33,491 nt of DNA from Candidatus Coatesbacteria bacterium (GCA_016927185.1 JAFGND010000070.1:1-33491); one strand, 5' to 3'; positions 10,008 to 19,858 are shown, numbered from the stretch's first letter. Notes: generated by a model from the letters alone, not told the origin. Numbers and translations: made by a program.

Positions 10008-11081
10008 TTATTTAACTGTTGCTCTTTTCGGTATGAATATTCTTCTTAGAGTATTCCTGTTTGCGCTTATGTCTCTTGATGCTGTTTTTGCACTACCTGA
10101 AGAAGGTTTCCTTATACAGCTTACACTGCTTGCATACATCTTCTTAATTCCTCCCCAGGTTGTCGTTTTAAGGTTCGTTCCATCATAATAGAATGAAGCA
10201 TACATCCAGACTGCTTGGGGAGAATATCCTTGAGTTTCCATTCCAGCACCTAGATAAACCTTCTTGTTACCTGGATAATCATTTAAATAGCCTATGCCCC
10301 TGATGTTTACATAAGTTTCATATCCATTATACCATCTTCCCTGACCTTGTGTATCATATGCACAAGTTGGACAGAAATGACCATTCCGGTAAAGATCAGT
10401 TCTTCTTGTCCATGTGTTTGGATCATAAGCTGCAATCATTGAACTGTCTATTCTGATTAATGCTTCATCAAAACAGGTGATTGACCATAGAATACATCCT
10501 ATCTCAAAATCATAACTCAAGCAACGCATCCAGTATGTCTTTGATATCTCTGAAGGTGCATTAAACTTGCCTTTATATTGCATCAAAATTGGATCCACTT
10601 CATAAAGTTTGAAGTTATCTCTGTCAACAACCATTACACGATAATTTCCATTATACATTATATATTGCACACCTGTAAGATATGGCGGATTTGTTTCCTG
10701 GACAACACTTTCGTCCAGCAATACTGAACCCAGGATATCAAGGTTATCACCACTAATATCAAGGAAGAACAAACGTTTGCCAGCATTACCAACCAATGCT
10801 AAAGTATCAGTACTATTACTGGCACTCATTCCATAAGGATAAGAATCTTGGGTTAAAAACCATGATTTCTCCCAAGCTCCAGTATAGGCATTACCTCTGT
10901 ATATATAGTTTGTCAAAGAATTTGCAATATATATTCTTCCTCTCGAGATCGCAAGGCCTGTAATCTGCTGCTCAATATTATATCCTCCTGGCAATGGATA
11001 CGAAGCAATCCTGTCTCCCGTTACAGTTGCAGTTACTGAAGTAACCAGAATAAAAAGCATAAACAAAACAATCCTGTTCAT
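10008..11081 (-). CDS. Secreted hypothetical protein (possible beta-propeller), paralog B, with TWGGIKKMY motif and basic tail
   Basis: Signal peptide and AGGAGG SD; shares GDRIASYPLP, VVDRDNFKL.EVDPILMQYKG and the C-terminal tail with paralog A. Confidence 0.8.
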   Translation of the reverse strand: MNRIVLFMLFILVTSVTATVTGDRIASYPLPGGYNIEQQITGLAISRGRIYIANSLTNYIYRGNAYTGAWEKSWFLTQDSYPYGMSASNSTDTLALVGNAGKRLFFLDISGDNLDILGSVLLDESVVQETNPPYLTGVQYIMYNGNYRVMVVDRDNFKLYEVDPILMQYKGKFNAPSEISKTYWMRCLSYDFEIGCILWSITCFDEALIRIDSSMIAAYDPNTWTRRTDLYRNGHFCPTCAYDTQGQGRWYNGYETYVNIRGIGYLNDYPGNKKVYLGAGMETQGYSPQAVWMYASFYYDGTNLKTTTWGGIKKMYASSVSCIRKPSSGSAKTASRDISANRNTLRRIFIPKRATVK

Positions 11082-11271
11082 TTTTGCCTCCTTTTTCTAA
11101 AACAAACTCATTTGCTGAAATTATAGTTTTTATACCTTAACAAGGTTAATAAAGTAACTATTTTTCAACTAAAAAAGTCAAGATAAAAAGAATGGTCAGA
11201 TTCTTCTTTACAAAAAACTCTGTCTCAGGTGCATGCTAAGTGCTTTTTTATCACCTGATGAAAGGATTTAT

Positions 11272-13614
11272 ATGAGATTCTTGATACTTTTTATACTGTT
11301 TTCTGCGGGTTTGGCTGGTGCTTCAAATGACGGATTCGACGATCTCTTCACAGCACAATCAGACTATCCTTTCTCGCAGTTCCTTAATCCTGCAGCACTT
11401 GCAGCTCATGACGGTTTCGATATATATTCGTCGATGAGCTATGTAGAGGAAAACAGCAATATACCGAAATTCACGGATGTTTCTGCAAAATTCGGGAATT
11501 TCTTTGGAATGACATACAGGCACAGGGCAGACAACGGCAATATCTCATCAATGAACAATCTTGGACTGACTGCTGCAATAAGATTTCACAAGGCTTTCAT
11601 GATAGGCACCACCTATGACAGATATTATTTCAAAGACGATGAAACAATCAATTACGGTACATTGAATGCAGGTTTCATAATGAGACCACACAGATTCGCA
11701 AGTCTCGGCTTCGTTGCTAATGAACTATGGTCTGATAATGACTATCCCAAAAGCTACTCAGCAGGAATAGGCATCAGACCAGGTACTGAAATGATATCAT
11801 TGTATGCGGATTTAAGATGGGAAAAGGGGGAAAAGATATCAAAAGGTGATGTTTATTACGGGGCTTTCATTGAACCTCTTGATGGAATAACCATTGGAGC
11901 AAGTTACAAGGACAAGAATAAATACGGTTTCAATATTGGATTCAATATGAGATACTTCGGTATTGGAACAAGGACACGCTCTGTAGGCGATATGAAAACA
12001 ATAAATCCCTATATATTCTACTCCTCCTCCATAAGACCAACACTCGTGAATGAGACAAAATATATTTCAGGCATGAAAATCCAGGGAAAAATTGATAATT
12101 CAGGTGCAAGTTCATTCCTCTTTGGCTCCAATCCATCAATTAGAGACTATATAGATGCAATACATACAGCAAGAAGGGACGCAACAGTAAAAGCGATTTA
12201 TGTGAAAGTTGGAAATCTGGATACATCATGGGCACTGATAGAGGAACTGAGAACTGCTATAAGTGAGTTCAGATCAACTGGCAGAAAGGTGCTTGTATAC
12301 ATGGAATCAGGAGGCATGAAGGAATATTATCTTGCTACTGCATCAGACAAGATAGTGATGTGTCCTGAAGGCTCATTGATGCTTGAAGGAATAAGCATGA
12401 GAGGGCTGTTCCTGAAAGGATTGATGGACAGACTGAAAATAACTGTTCAGTATACAAAGCATGGCAAGTACAAATCTGCAGTAGAGATGCTTGCAAACGA
12501 AAAATGGTCTGATCCCGCAAGAAAACAGATGGAGGAATTCCTTGATGATATTGATAATGAGATAACTACGGAAATGGCTAAAAAAGCGAAACTTACAAAG
12601 GAACAGTTTACAGAAAAAGTTTATAAAAAAGTCATCCTGCATTCAGAAGAAGCAAAAATGCTTGGCTTGATTGATGCAGTGATGTACGAAAAAGAGGCAA
12701 AAAGATTTGCAAATACGCTGATAGCAAGAAAAGGTGACAAGATAGATGATCTATCATACTTCACCTATTATGACAAGAGATGGGATGAAAAACCTGCAAT
12801 AGTTGTTCTGAATGCTGAAGGAAGCATAGCCAGGGGAGAAAATGGCAACAGCCTGCTGTCTGGAAAGACAATGGGATCTGATGGCATGATAAAGCTAATA
12901 AGAGCTGCATCAAGGATACCTAATACAAAGGGAATAGTTTTCAGGGTTGATTCGGGCGGTGGGGATGGACTTGCTTCTGATCTTATCTGGCATGAACTTA
13001 AGGAGCTGAGAAACAAGAAAAAAAGCCTTGTTGTATCAATGGGAAATATGGCTGCATCAGGTGGATACTACATATCCATTCCTGCAGAGAGAATTTTTGC
13101 TGACAAAACCACATTAACAGGATCAATAGGCGTTTTCTGGATGAATTTTTCAGTAAAGGATCTTGCAAACTGGCTTGGGGTAAAAACAGAGATAGTGAGA
13201 AGAGCTCCTCATGCAGGTAATGCAAGCATTTATGAAAAACTTTCTGCAGAAGAACTTAAATTATTGCAGGACTTTGTTGACAATGATTACCAGAGGTTTG
13301 TGAACAAGGTTGCAATGGACAGGAAACTCTCTCCATCATATATAGACAGTGTAGGTCAGGGGAGAATCTGGTCAGGTCCTGCAGGAAAGAAACTGGGGCT
13401 TGTTGATGAGATTGGAGGACTGGACCAAGCAATAAGATATATTGCAAACCAGAATAACCTGAAAGAAGGCGAATACAGGATCATCTATATACCAAAGCAC
13501 AAGAGTTTTCTCAAGCAGATAATGGATCTTCCAATGCAACTCAGGAAAAGCGTGGAGATCCCGTTTAATCTGGAAAACCAGATATTGTATTTGTGCCCTT
13601 TCAGTTTGGATTGA
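11272..13614 (+). CDS. sppA: Signal peptide peptidase SppA (S49, two-domain type) fused to an N-terminal FadL/PorV-like beta-barrel
   Basis: YYLATA, KYKSA, RVDSGGG, AASGGYY, TGSIGV, QGRIWSG and GLVDEIGG motifs. The N-terminal ~260 aa have NPAAL and amphipathic strands. Start refined to ATG 11272 (ORF track start 11233). Confidence 0.88.
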   Translation: MRFLILFILFSAGLAGASNDGFDDLFTAQSDYPFSQFLNPAALAAHDGFDIYSSMSYVEENSNIPKFTDVSAKFGNFFGMTYRHRADNGNISSMNNLGLTAAIRFHKAFMIGTTYDRYYFKDDETINYGTLNAGFIMRPHRFASLGFVANELWSDNDYPKSYSAGIGIRPGTEMISLYADLRWEKGEKISKGDVYYGAFIEPLDGITIGASYKDKNKYGFNIGFNMRYFGIGTRTRSVGDMKTINPYIFYSSSIRPTLVNETKYISGMKIQGKIDNSGASSFLFGSNPSIRDYIDAIHTARRDATVKAIYVKVGNLDTSWALIEELRTAISEFRSTGRKVLVYMESGGMKEYYLATASDKIVMCPEGSLMLEGISMRGLFLKGLMDRLKITVQYTKHGKYKSAVEMLANEKWSDPARKQMEEFLDDIDNEITTEMAKKAKLTKEQFTEKVYKKVILHSEEAKMLGLIDAVMYEKEAKRFANTLIARKGDKIDDLSYFTYYDKRWDEKPAIVVLNAEGSIARGENGNSLLSGKTMGSDGMIKLIRAASRIPNTKGIVFRVDSGGGDGLASDLIWHELKELRNKKKSLVVSMGNMAASGGYYISIPAERIFADKTTLTGSIGVFWMNFSVKDLANWLGVKTEIVRRAPHAGNASIYEKLSAEELKLLQDFVDNDYQRFVNKVAMDRKLSPSYIDSVGQGRIWSGPAGKKLGLVDEIGGLDQAIRYIANQNNLKEGEYRIIYIPKHKSFLKQIMDLPMQLRKSVEIPFNLENQILYLCPFSLD

Positions 13615-14107
13615 AAATCAATGGAGGGAAGGCGATTTCCCTGAAATCCTCTTCCCTTGCAAATCCTTTGCTATCCATGAAATATTCTTTCAGATTCTCC
13701 TTGCTGTAAGACCATTCCCCATTTTGATTAACATAATCAGGTTCCCTTGAAGCCATAAATCTCAGGTTTATCAGTCCCTTGAGAAGTATCTGTATTTCAT
13801 CATGTTCAATGTATTCCTCTTCATATAATCCCTGAATATAACCCATTCCATAGAATATAAGATAAGCTTCCTCTGAAGTGAAATCCTTTATTAAATCTTC
13901 GCTTGATTTTATTGTATAGATTATTGCAAGTTGCATCTCTTTTGTAACATTCTTCACTACAAGTCTCATTCCCTGTATGCAGAAGATGAAACTTCTTGCC
14001 TCTTTCTCAGTAAGATTTTCAGACAGATTAATATCAATAGCAGTTGTTGCCTTAAATGCCTGTCTGAACTTCTTTATCGCCAGCCAAATAATTTGCAGAT
14101 GATCCAT
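13601..14107 (-). CDS. Hypothetical cytoplasmic protein
   Basis: 168-aa ORF filling the gap after mrdA, with SD-like GAGGA; overlaps the mrdA 3' end by 56 bp; no recognisable motif. Confidence 0.65.
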   Translation of the reverse strand: MDHLQIIWLAIKKFRQAFKATTAIDINLSENLTEKEARSFIFCIQGMRLVVKNVTKEMQLAIIYTIKSSEDLIKDFTSEEAYLIFYGMGYIQGLYEEEYIEHDEIQILLKGLINLRFMASREPDYVNQNGEWSYSKENLKEYFMDSKGFAREEDFREIAFPPLIFNPN

Positions 14108-15938
14108 CCTTAATCCTCTTGTTTTTTAATGCAAAATACGATTGTACTACCTTCCGGAAAATTGGTGCAGCATATGTTCCACCAGCAATTCCATGTTCCA
14201 GGAAAACAACAACACAAATCTCTGGATCATTCACTGGAGCAAATCCTACAAACCATGCATGATTAGGACCATGAGGATTCTGTGCCGTTCCTGTCTTGCC
14301 AGCAGTTTCCAGGCCCTTGATTCTTGCTTCCTTTCCTGTTGCATTCTTGGCAGCGATAACTCTTCTTGCTGCCTCCTTTATATATTGAATATTCTGCTTT
14401 GAAAAAGGCAAATGATAGGTTTTCGGAATGAACTTCTCTTCCAGCTTTCCTTGAAATCTTATTTCCTTTAAAACATGCGGTTGCACTACAACTCCATCAT
14501 TTGCAATTCCACTGAATAGTGTTATCAACTGAATAGGTGTTACAAGCATCTCTCCCTGCCCTATGGCAAGATTAAGAGATACGCCTCTTCCCCAGTTTCC
14601 CTTGCCGAAAACCAGATTATAGTATCTCTCACTTGGAACCAGCCCTCTTCTTTCATAAGGGATGTCAATACCTGAAAGAAAACCAAAACCGCACAGTTTT
14701 GAATACTCAGTTAGCCTCTCAAGACCTAGACGCTCTGCTACCTGATAGAAATAAATATCACATGAATATGTCATTCCCTTGTTAAGATCAAGATTGCCTC
14801 CATGCCCCGTTTTTTCCCAGCAATAAAAAAGCCTGTCTCCATATCTGTATCTTCCAGTACATGGTTTCAACATTTCAAATGGTGAAATTAGCCTGGCCTG
14901 CAAAGCTGCTCCAGCAGTTACTACTTTGAATGTGGAAGCTGGAGGATAAGCTGCCTGGATTGCCCTGTTTAAAAGTGGATGCAATGGGTCCTGTGATATT
15001 GCTTTCCATAATTTAACGGAAACACCTCTTGATAGCATATTTGCATTGAAAGTAGGAGTACAGGCTAACGCAAGGATTTCACCTGTTTTTGGGTTCATTG
15101 CTATGACTGTTCCTGCAAATCTGTTCTCAAGAGCTGTCTGGGCAGCATTCTGCAGGTCAACATCAATAGTCAGCACCAGATCCTTTCCCGGAACTGCTGA
15201 TTCTACTATTGTCTCGCTTGTAAGATGCCTTCCCTTTGCAGTTATTAGCTTGCTTGATCGTCCTCGCTTTCCGTGAAGCTTGTCTTCATACTGTTTTTCT
15301 ATTCCTGATCTTCCAACCTGATCCCCTGGAATATACAAGTTGGGATTGTCCAGATTAAGTTTTATAAGCTGCTCTGCAGTAATTTCTCCGACATATCCCA
15401 GCACATGGCACAAATTCTCAGGATATCTATAGGAGCGAAGTGGTACTTTATGAATTTCTATCCCGGGATACTCATTCTGGGATTGCCAAATCTTGTGAAG
15501 GAAAGCCATTTCTTCATCACGCTGCTTGTTTCCCTTTTTCACACTGAATGTATCAATAAATGTATATATAACAACCGGATTCAAGGGATTCTTTACATCA
15601 TTCAATATTGCAGCAACTTCATCAAGATTTATCCTGTTTGTCATTTTTGCAATACTTGAAAGCACATCTGGATTATTGGTGATTTTCTGTGGAATTACTA
15701 CTAGCTGATAGGATAGAAAAAAATCAGCAAGCATCTTGTTGTTCCTGTCCAGTATCTTTCCTCTTGGTGCTGAAGAATAGTCAGTTTTGAGCATATTGTC
15801 TTTTGCTTTTTCATAGTAATATTTATAATTAATTACCTGCATATAGAAAAGCTTGATTATATAAATGAATACCAGAATGATAAAGAATCTTATCAGTATA
15901 AAACCTTGTCTTTTCTGGATTTCTACTGCATCTTTCAT
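14052..15938 (-). CDS. mrdA: Penicillin-binding protein 2
   Basis: N-terminal TM, RGKILDRN, STFK (SxxK), SCD (SxN-like) and KTGTAQ; follows mreBCD. Confidence 0.95.
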   Translation of the reverse strand: MKDAVEIQKRQGFILIRFFIILVFIYIIKLFYMQVINYKYYYEKAKDNMLKTDYSSAPRGKILDRNNKMLADFFLSYQLVVIPQKITNNPDVLSSIAKMTNRINLDEVAAILNDVKNPLNPVVIYTFIDTFSVKKGNKQRDEEMAFLHKIWQSQNEYPGIEIHKVPLRSYRYPENLCHVLGYVGEITAEQLIKLNLDNPNLYIPGDQVGRSGIEKQYEDKLHGKRGRSSKLITAKGRHLTSETIVESAVPGKDLVLTIDVDLQNAAQTALENRFAGTVIAMNPKTGEILALACTPTFNANMLSRGVSVKLWKAISQDPLHPLLNRAIQAAYPPASTFKVVTAGAALQARLISPFEMLKPCTGRYRYGDRLFYCWEKTGHGGNLDLNKGMTYSCDIYFYQVAERLGLERLTEYSKLCGFGFLSGIDIPYERRGLVPSERYYNLVFGKGNWGRGVSLNLAIGQGEMLVTPIQLITLFSGIANDGVVVQPHVLKEIRFQGKLEEKFIPKTYHLPFSKQNIQYIKEAARRVIAAKNATGKEARIKGLETAGKTGTAQNPHGPNHAWFVGFAPVNDPEICVVVFLEHGIAGGTYAAPIFRKVVQSYFALKNKRIKDGSSANYLAGDKEVQTGI

Positions 15939-15939
15939 T

Positions 15940-16443
15940 TCAATCTGCCACTTTTTTATCTAAAACTTTCGACATGGCTTTTCTTAAACCGGGGAGTAGA
16001 AAGAACAGCAATAATCCTACAAGACCAGTATAAATTGAATCCGGTAAATAGGATAAAAAGAATTCAGAAAAAATGCCTGAGGGATTTGTATATTCTGTAA
16101 GCGTAAAATAGAGCAATCTTGAAGAAAGGCATCCTGTTGAAATTGCAAAAAACTGTGACTGTGGATTCTGAAGATTTATCTTGTCCTTGAATGAACCGAA
16201 TACATATGCATATATTGTATATATGAGCATATTGATACCCATCTGGGTGGGATTGAATGTATCTATTACCAATCCAGTGAAAAACCCTAATGTCATTGCT
16301 CGTGATGGAGTGAGATTTAATGAATAGAATGTAAGGAGTATTACAATCAAATCAGGTTCAAATCCAAAAACAGAAATGAACTTAATAAGAAGAGTTGTCT
16401 GTATCAATAAAACCAGATATACTGCAAGAAATAATCTAATCAT
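15940..16443 (-). CDS. mreD: Rod shape-determining protein MreD
   Basis: Hydrophobic 167 aa with PDL and GFFTGLVID; located between mreC and mrdA. Confidence 0.9.
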   Translation of the reverse strand: MIRLFLAVYLVLLIQTTLLIKFISVFGFEPDLIVILLTFYSLNLTPSRAMTLGFFTGLVIDTFNPTQMGINMLIYTIYAYVFGSFKDKINLQNPQSQFFAISTGCLSSRLLYFTLTEYTNPSGIFSEFFLSYLPDSIYTGLVGLLLFFLLPGLRKAMSKVLDKKVAD

Positions 16444-17231
16444 TCTTTCTTTTCGTCTGTATGAATTATGAATATATCCTGTAAAGATCCAAATGTTACT
16501 ATCGGCTTAATGGGTATTTCCTGTATCAGCTCCACTCTATCAGGAATGCTGTTCTTTGGAATAGTTCCTATCTTGATTCCCGTTGGAAAAGTCTCCCCGA
16601 TGCCTGAAGTAATAATCAAATCACCTTCCTTCAGATCAGCATTTCTTGGAAGTTCAGTAAGTTCAACCTGATTTTTACCTCTTACGAGACAGAGAATATT
16701 ATTTCGTTCTATATATGCACTAACCGAGAAACCTGGATCCAGAAGTGTTTGAATGTAAGAGACTGAATAATCAGTTTCAATTACTTTGCCCACAAGCCCT
16801 TCGAAATTAATGACAGGAAAACCTGTCTTTATTCCATCCTTGTATCCCTTATCTATTACAAGCAGAGTAATGTTCTTTGAAGGACTGTGATGAAGAATTC
16901 TTGCATAAGTAACACGCATATTCATTTTTTCCTTGAATCCCAGAAGTTTTCTCAGGTAAGCATTCTCCTTTTCAGCTTTTTCCGCACTATCAATCTTCAG
17001 TTTCAATTCAATCAGTTCGGTTTTCAATTTTGTATTATCTTCCTTGACAAGGGGTAGGTATTGAACTATTACAGCGAATCTTCTCAATGGATAGAATACT
17101 GTCCTGAAAAGATTTGTGGCAAAAGATATCTTTGTAGCATCAGGCAGAAAAAGAAAAATTACTGAAACCAGCAGATAAAAAAGCAAAAACAGGTTTTTTT
17201 GCTGGCCCAGAATTGAGAAAAGGCGCAGCAT
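16440..17231 (-). CDS. mreC: Rod shape-determining protein MreC
   Basis: TM, coiled coil ENAYLRKLL, IDKG, GLVGKV and TSGIGETFP.GI.IG. Confidence 0.93.
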   Translation of the reverse strand: MLRLFSILGQQKNLFLLFYLLVSVIFLFLPDATKISFATNLFRTVFYPLRRFAVIVQYLPLVKEDNTKLKTELIELKLKIDSAEKAEKENAYLRKLLGFKEKMNMRVTYARILHHSPSKNITLLVIDKGYKDGIKTGFPVINFEGLVGKVIETDYSVSYIQTLLDPGFSVSAYIERNNILCLVRGKNQVELTELPRNADLKEGDLIITSGIGETFPTGIKIGTIPKNSIPDRVELIQEIPIKPIVTFGSLQDIFIIHTDEKKE

Positions 17232-17236
17232 TGTTT

Positions 17237-18301
17237 CTATTCCTTTTTGCTGTGAAGAAGTACTTTTTCATAAGCCTCAAGATCATCAAGAACTTTTCCT
17301 GCTCCCAGAACTATTGCAGTAAGTGGATCATCTGCCATGTTGATCGTAAGATCTGTCTCCTTGTGCAACAATGCATCAAGTCCTTTCAGAAGTGCACCTC
17401 CTCCAGCAAGCGTAATTCCCCTGTCTTTTATATCAGATGCATGCCCGGGAGGAGTTTTCTCCAATGTCCTCTTTGTTGCATCTATTATTGCATTTACTGG
17501 CTCCTGTAAGGCTATTCTTATTTCTTCTGATCTTACCTCAACAGATCTTGGGATTCCCTCCTTCAGATTAAGACCATTAACTACCATTTTTAACTCCTGC
17601 TTGAGAGGAAATGCTGATCCAATTGTTTTCTTGATAAGTTCAGCAGTATTGTAGTCAGTTTCAATGTTATATCTCTTTCTGAGAAAATCTATTATTGCAA
17701 AATCCATTTCATCACCAGCTACCTTGACATGATTATAAACAACTATTCCAGATAATGCGATAACAACAATTTCTGTTGTACCTCCTCCAATATCTATAAT
17801 CATGTTTCCAGATGGGGAATTCACTGGCATTCCAACACCAATAGCAGCTGCCATAGGTTCAGCTATAAGGAATACCTCTCTTGCACCAGCGTGTTCCGCA
17901 CTATCAACAACTGCTCTCTTCCCAACCTCAGTGATACCTGAAGGTACGCATACAACTATTCTAGGTTTGATGAGGAAATTATGTTTAATAGCTCTTTGTA
18001 TGAAAGTCCTGAGCATATCCTCAGTCAGTTCAAAATCCTCTATAACACCATCTTTCAAAGGTCTCACTGCCTTTATGCCTTCATGTGTCCTTCCAAGCAT
18101 AGCCTTGGCTCCTCTTCCGACCTCCTTTATTCTTCCTGTTCCTGCTTCTATTGCTACTACTGAAGGTTCATCAAGGACTATTCCCCTTCCCTTGACATAA
18201 ACAAGGGTATTTGCAGTTCCAAGGTCTACTGCAACATCACTAGAAAAAAGCTGTATGAAGTCTTTGGCTAGTTGTAAGAAAGAGAATTTGGTGAAAGGCA
18301 T
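17237..18301 (-). CDS. mreB: Rod shape-determining protein MreB
   Basis: DLGTANT, EPSVVA, RPLKDGVI, EPMAAAIG, DIGGGTTE and GGGALL. Confidence 0.97.
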   Translation of the reverse strand: MPFTKFSFLQLAKDFIQLFSSDVAVDLGTANTLVYVKGRGIVLDEPSVVAIEAGTGRIKEVGRGAKAMLGRTHEGIKAVRPLKDGVIEDFELTEDMLRTFIQRAIKHNFLIKPRIVVCVPSGITEVGKRAVVDSAEHAGAREVFLIAEPMAAAIGVGMPVNSPSGNMIIDIGGGTTEIVVIALSGIVVYNHVKVAGDEMDFAIIDFLRKRYNIETDYNTAELIKKTIGSAFPLKQELKMVVNGLNLKEGIPRSVEVRSEEIRIALQEPVNAIIDATKRTLEKTPPGHASDIKDRGITLAGGGALLKGLDALLHKETDLTINMADDPLTAIVLGAGKVLDDLEAYEKVLLHSKKE

Positions 18302-18305
18302 AAGT

Positions 18306-18695
18306 CTATGGTTTTACAATCCATGCACCTGGATAATCAAAACCCAGAGCTTTGTTATACAATTTCATGGCTCTTCCAAAATCAGAAACCGGTCCAACCC
18401 TCATCAGATAATATCCGTTGTAAGAAAGAGCTTTTACCTCACTACCAAACTGCAATCTTCCCCTTTCCAATCCAGAATTGACCCTTTCATAAGGCAGAAC
18501 TGTTATCTGCAAATAAAACTCTTGCTGCTCTTCCTTTTGAGATGTTTCACAGTCTGTCATTAAATAATTCGGTAAATCATTAATATTCAATGGATTAAAT
18601 TCATTGCTTGAAAACCTGTCAGGATCAGGCATATTGCTGTGACAACTAATCAAAAAAACTGCCATAAAGCATATAAATATTTTTTTTCTTAACAT
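18306..18695 (-). CDS. SPOR-domain lipoprotein
   Basis: Lipobox LISC after MLRKK; C-terminal FYLQI...YLMRVGP...AWIV. Start refined to ATG 18695 (ORF track start 18749). Confidence 0.75.
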   Translation of the reverse strand: MLRKKIFICFMAVFLISCHSNMPDPDRFSSNEFNPLNINDLPNYLMTDCETSQKEEQQEFYLQITVLPYERVNSGLERGRLQFGSEVKALSYNGYYLMRVGPVSDFGRAMKLYNKALGFDYPGAWIVKP

Positions 18696-18979
18696 AATTG
18701 TATAAGTTTTTCTATAGAAACAGGTTGCAGATTCAAATGTTCTTGTCAAGGTATTTCAGGCATGGAAACTTCAGTTATAGCGTTCTTGCAATGTTTTTAA
18801 TATATTCAACTCAGGAATAAAGCTGAGTTATCATAAAAATTCTATCATCAATGCTGTCTTGAAATTCCTCCTGATTTCCAGAAATTTCCTGATTTCATTA
18901 TTATCGTAGATTGAAATATAATAATCCACTAAACAGTCAATTATATGGTTTTCAAGGAATGTCATTGAAAGAAAACAGC

Positions 18980-19007
18980 TTGACTGAAAAGTGCATGTTA
19001 TTAAACT
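18980..19007 (+). promoter_or_regulatory. Putative sigma70-type promoter
   Basis: TTGACT-N16-TAAACT upstream of the SD and ATG at 19036. Confidence 0.45.
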
Positions 19008-19035
19008 TCAACCTGTTGAATTTCAGGAGGTTTTT

Positions 19036-19806
19036 ATGCGAAAATTACTTATTATTCTTGGACTTATTTTAGGAATGCTTCTTTTTTCCTATTCTTGCGG
19101 TGATGATGATGATGGAGGGAATGGCACAGGCACCGGCACAGGAACTGGAACCGGTACAGGAACCGGCACAGGAACCGGCACAGGAACTGGAACTGGCGAA
19201 GGCGAATTCGCTATCTTCGATTTCAATGAAGGAAGCGGAACAACTACAAAAGGTACAGGAACTGGTGGAGAATGGACAGCTAATATTATAAATGCAACCT
19301 GGGTACAGGAAGGTTATGACAGTGCTGCAGTCCTGTTTACAACTATGGGAGCAACCCCTCAATATGTTGAAGCTGGCGAAGTAGGTGAATTCTATTTTAA
19401 TGGACAGACATTTACATATGATTTCTGGTTCAAGGCAAACAGCTTTACAGACTATGGTGGATTGTTTGACATGATTAGCGAAAGTGTTGATGGTATATGT
19501 CTGAGAACCAATCCTACTGGACAGCTGGAATTTGTTGTAGGAAATGGAGGTTGGCTGACTTATACTACAACTAATACTCTTCAGACAGGTAAATGGTATA
19601 ACATAAGAGTAGCCTTTGCAAATCAACTGATGCTACCTCATATTACAATCTATGTTGACAAGGAGACCTGGCTGGATACAAATATAGCAACACCCAATCC
19701 CCCAACAAACAAGCTGCGCATAGGAGCTCAGGTGCTTGGAAATCTGACCTCAAATGGTGTGATAGACAGATTCAGGATCTGGGACAAAGTGGTGCCACCA
19801 CTCTAG
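19036..19806 (+). CDS. Lipoprotein with (Gly-Thr)12 linker and LamG/concanavalin A-like domain
   Basis: AGGAGG SD; lipobox SYSC then an Asp run; [27 protein letters not shown] and GVIDRFRIW. Confidence 0.85.
   Translation: MRKLLIILGLILGMLLFSYSCGDDDDGGNGTGTGTGTGTGTGTGTGTGTGTGTGEGEFAIFDFNEGSGTTTKGTGTGGEWTANIINATWVQEGYDSAAVLFTTMGATPQYVEAGEVGEFYFNGQTFTYDFWFKANSFTDYGGLFDMISESVDGICLRTNPTGQLEFVVGNGGWLTYTTTNTLQTGKWYNIRVAFANQLMLPHITIYVDKETWLDTNIATPNPPTNKLRIGAQVLGNLTSNGVIDRFRIWDKVVPPL
19123..19194 (+). repeat. 12 x GGNACN hexamer encoding (GT)12
   Basis: Counted directly; third codon positions vary. Confidence 0.95.
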
Positions 19807-19821
19807 GATTACAATGAAATA

Positions 19822-19858
19822 AATAAAAAAAACCCGTTATAAAACGGGTTTTTTTATT
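19822..19858. terminator. Bidirectional intrinsic terminator
   Basis: A-tract-CCCGTT-ATAA-AACGGG-T-tract between convergent genes. Confidence 0.9.

Noticed and set aside
8935-10160. Repeat pair as a diversity-generating retroelement TR/VR
   Set aside because: Mismatches are not adenine-specific, both copies are coding, and no reverse transcriptase is present.
17337-18200. Plus-strand ORFs opposite mreB
   Set aside because: Antisense shadows of a conserved gene.
18831-18965. 44-aa minus-strand ORF and nearby hairpin at 18808-18829
   Set aside because: No SD or recognisable motif; lies in a divergent promoter region. It cannot be excluded without expression data.
19069-19626. Alternative-frame ORFs over the GT repeat
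   Set aside because: By-products of the hexamer repeat; the plus-strand lipoprotein has SD, lipobox and domain support.
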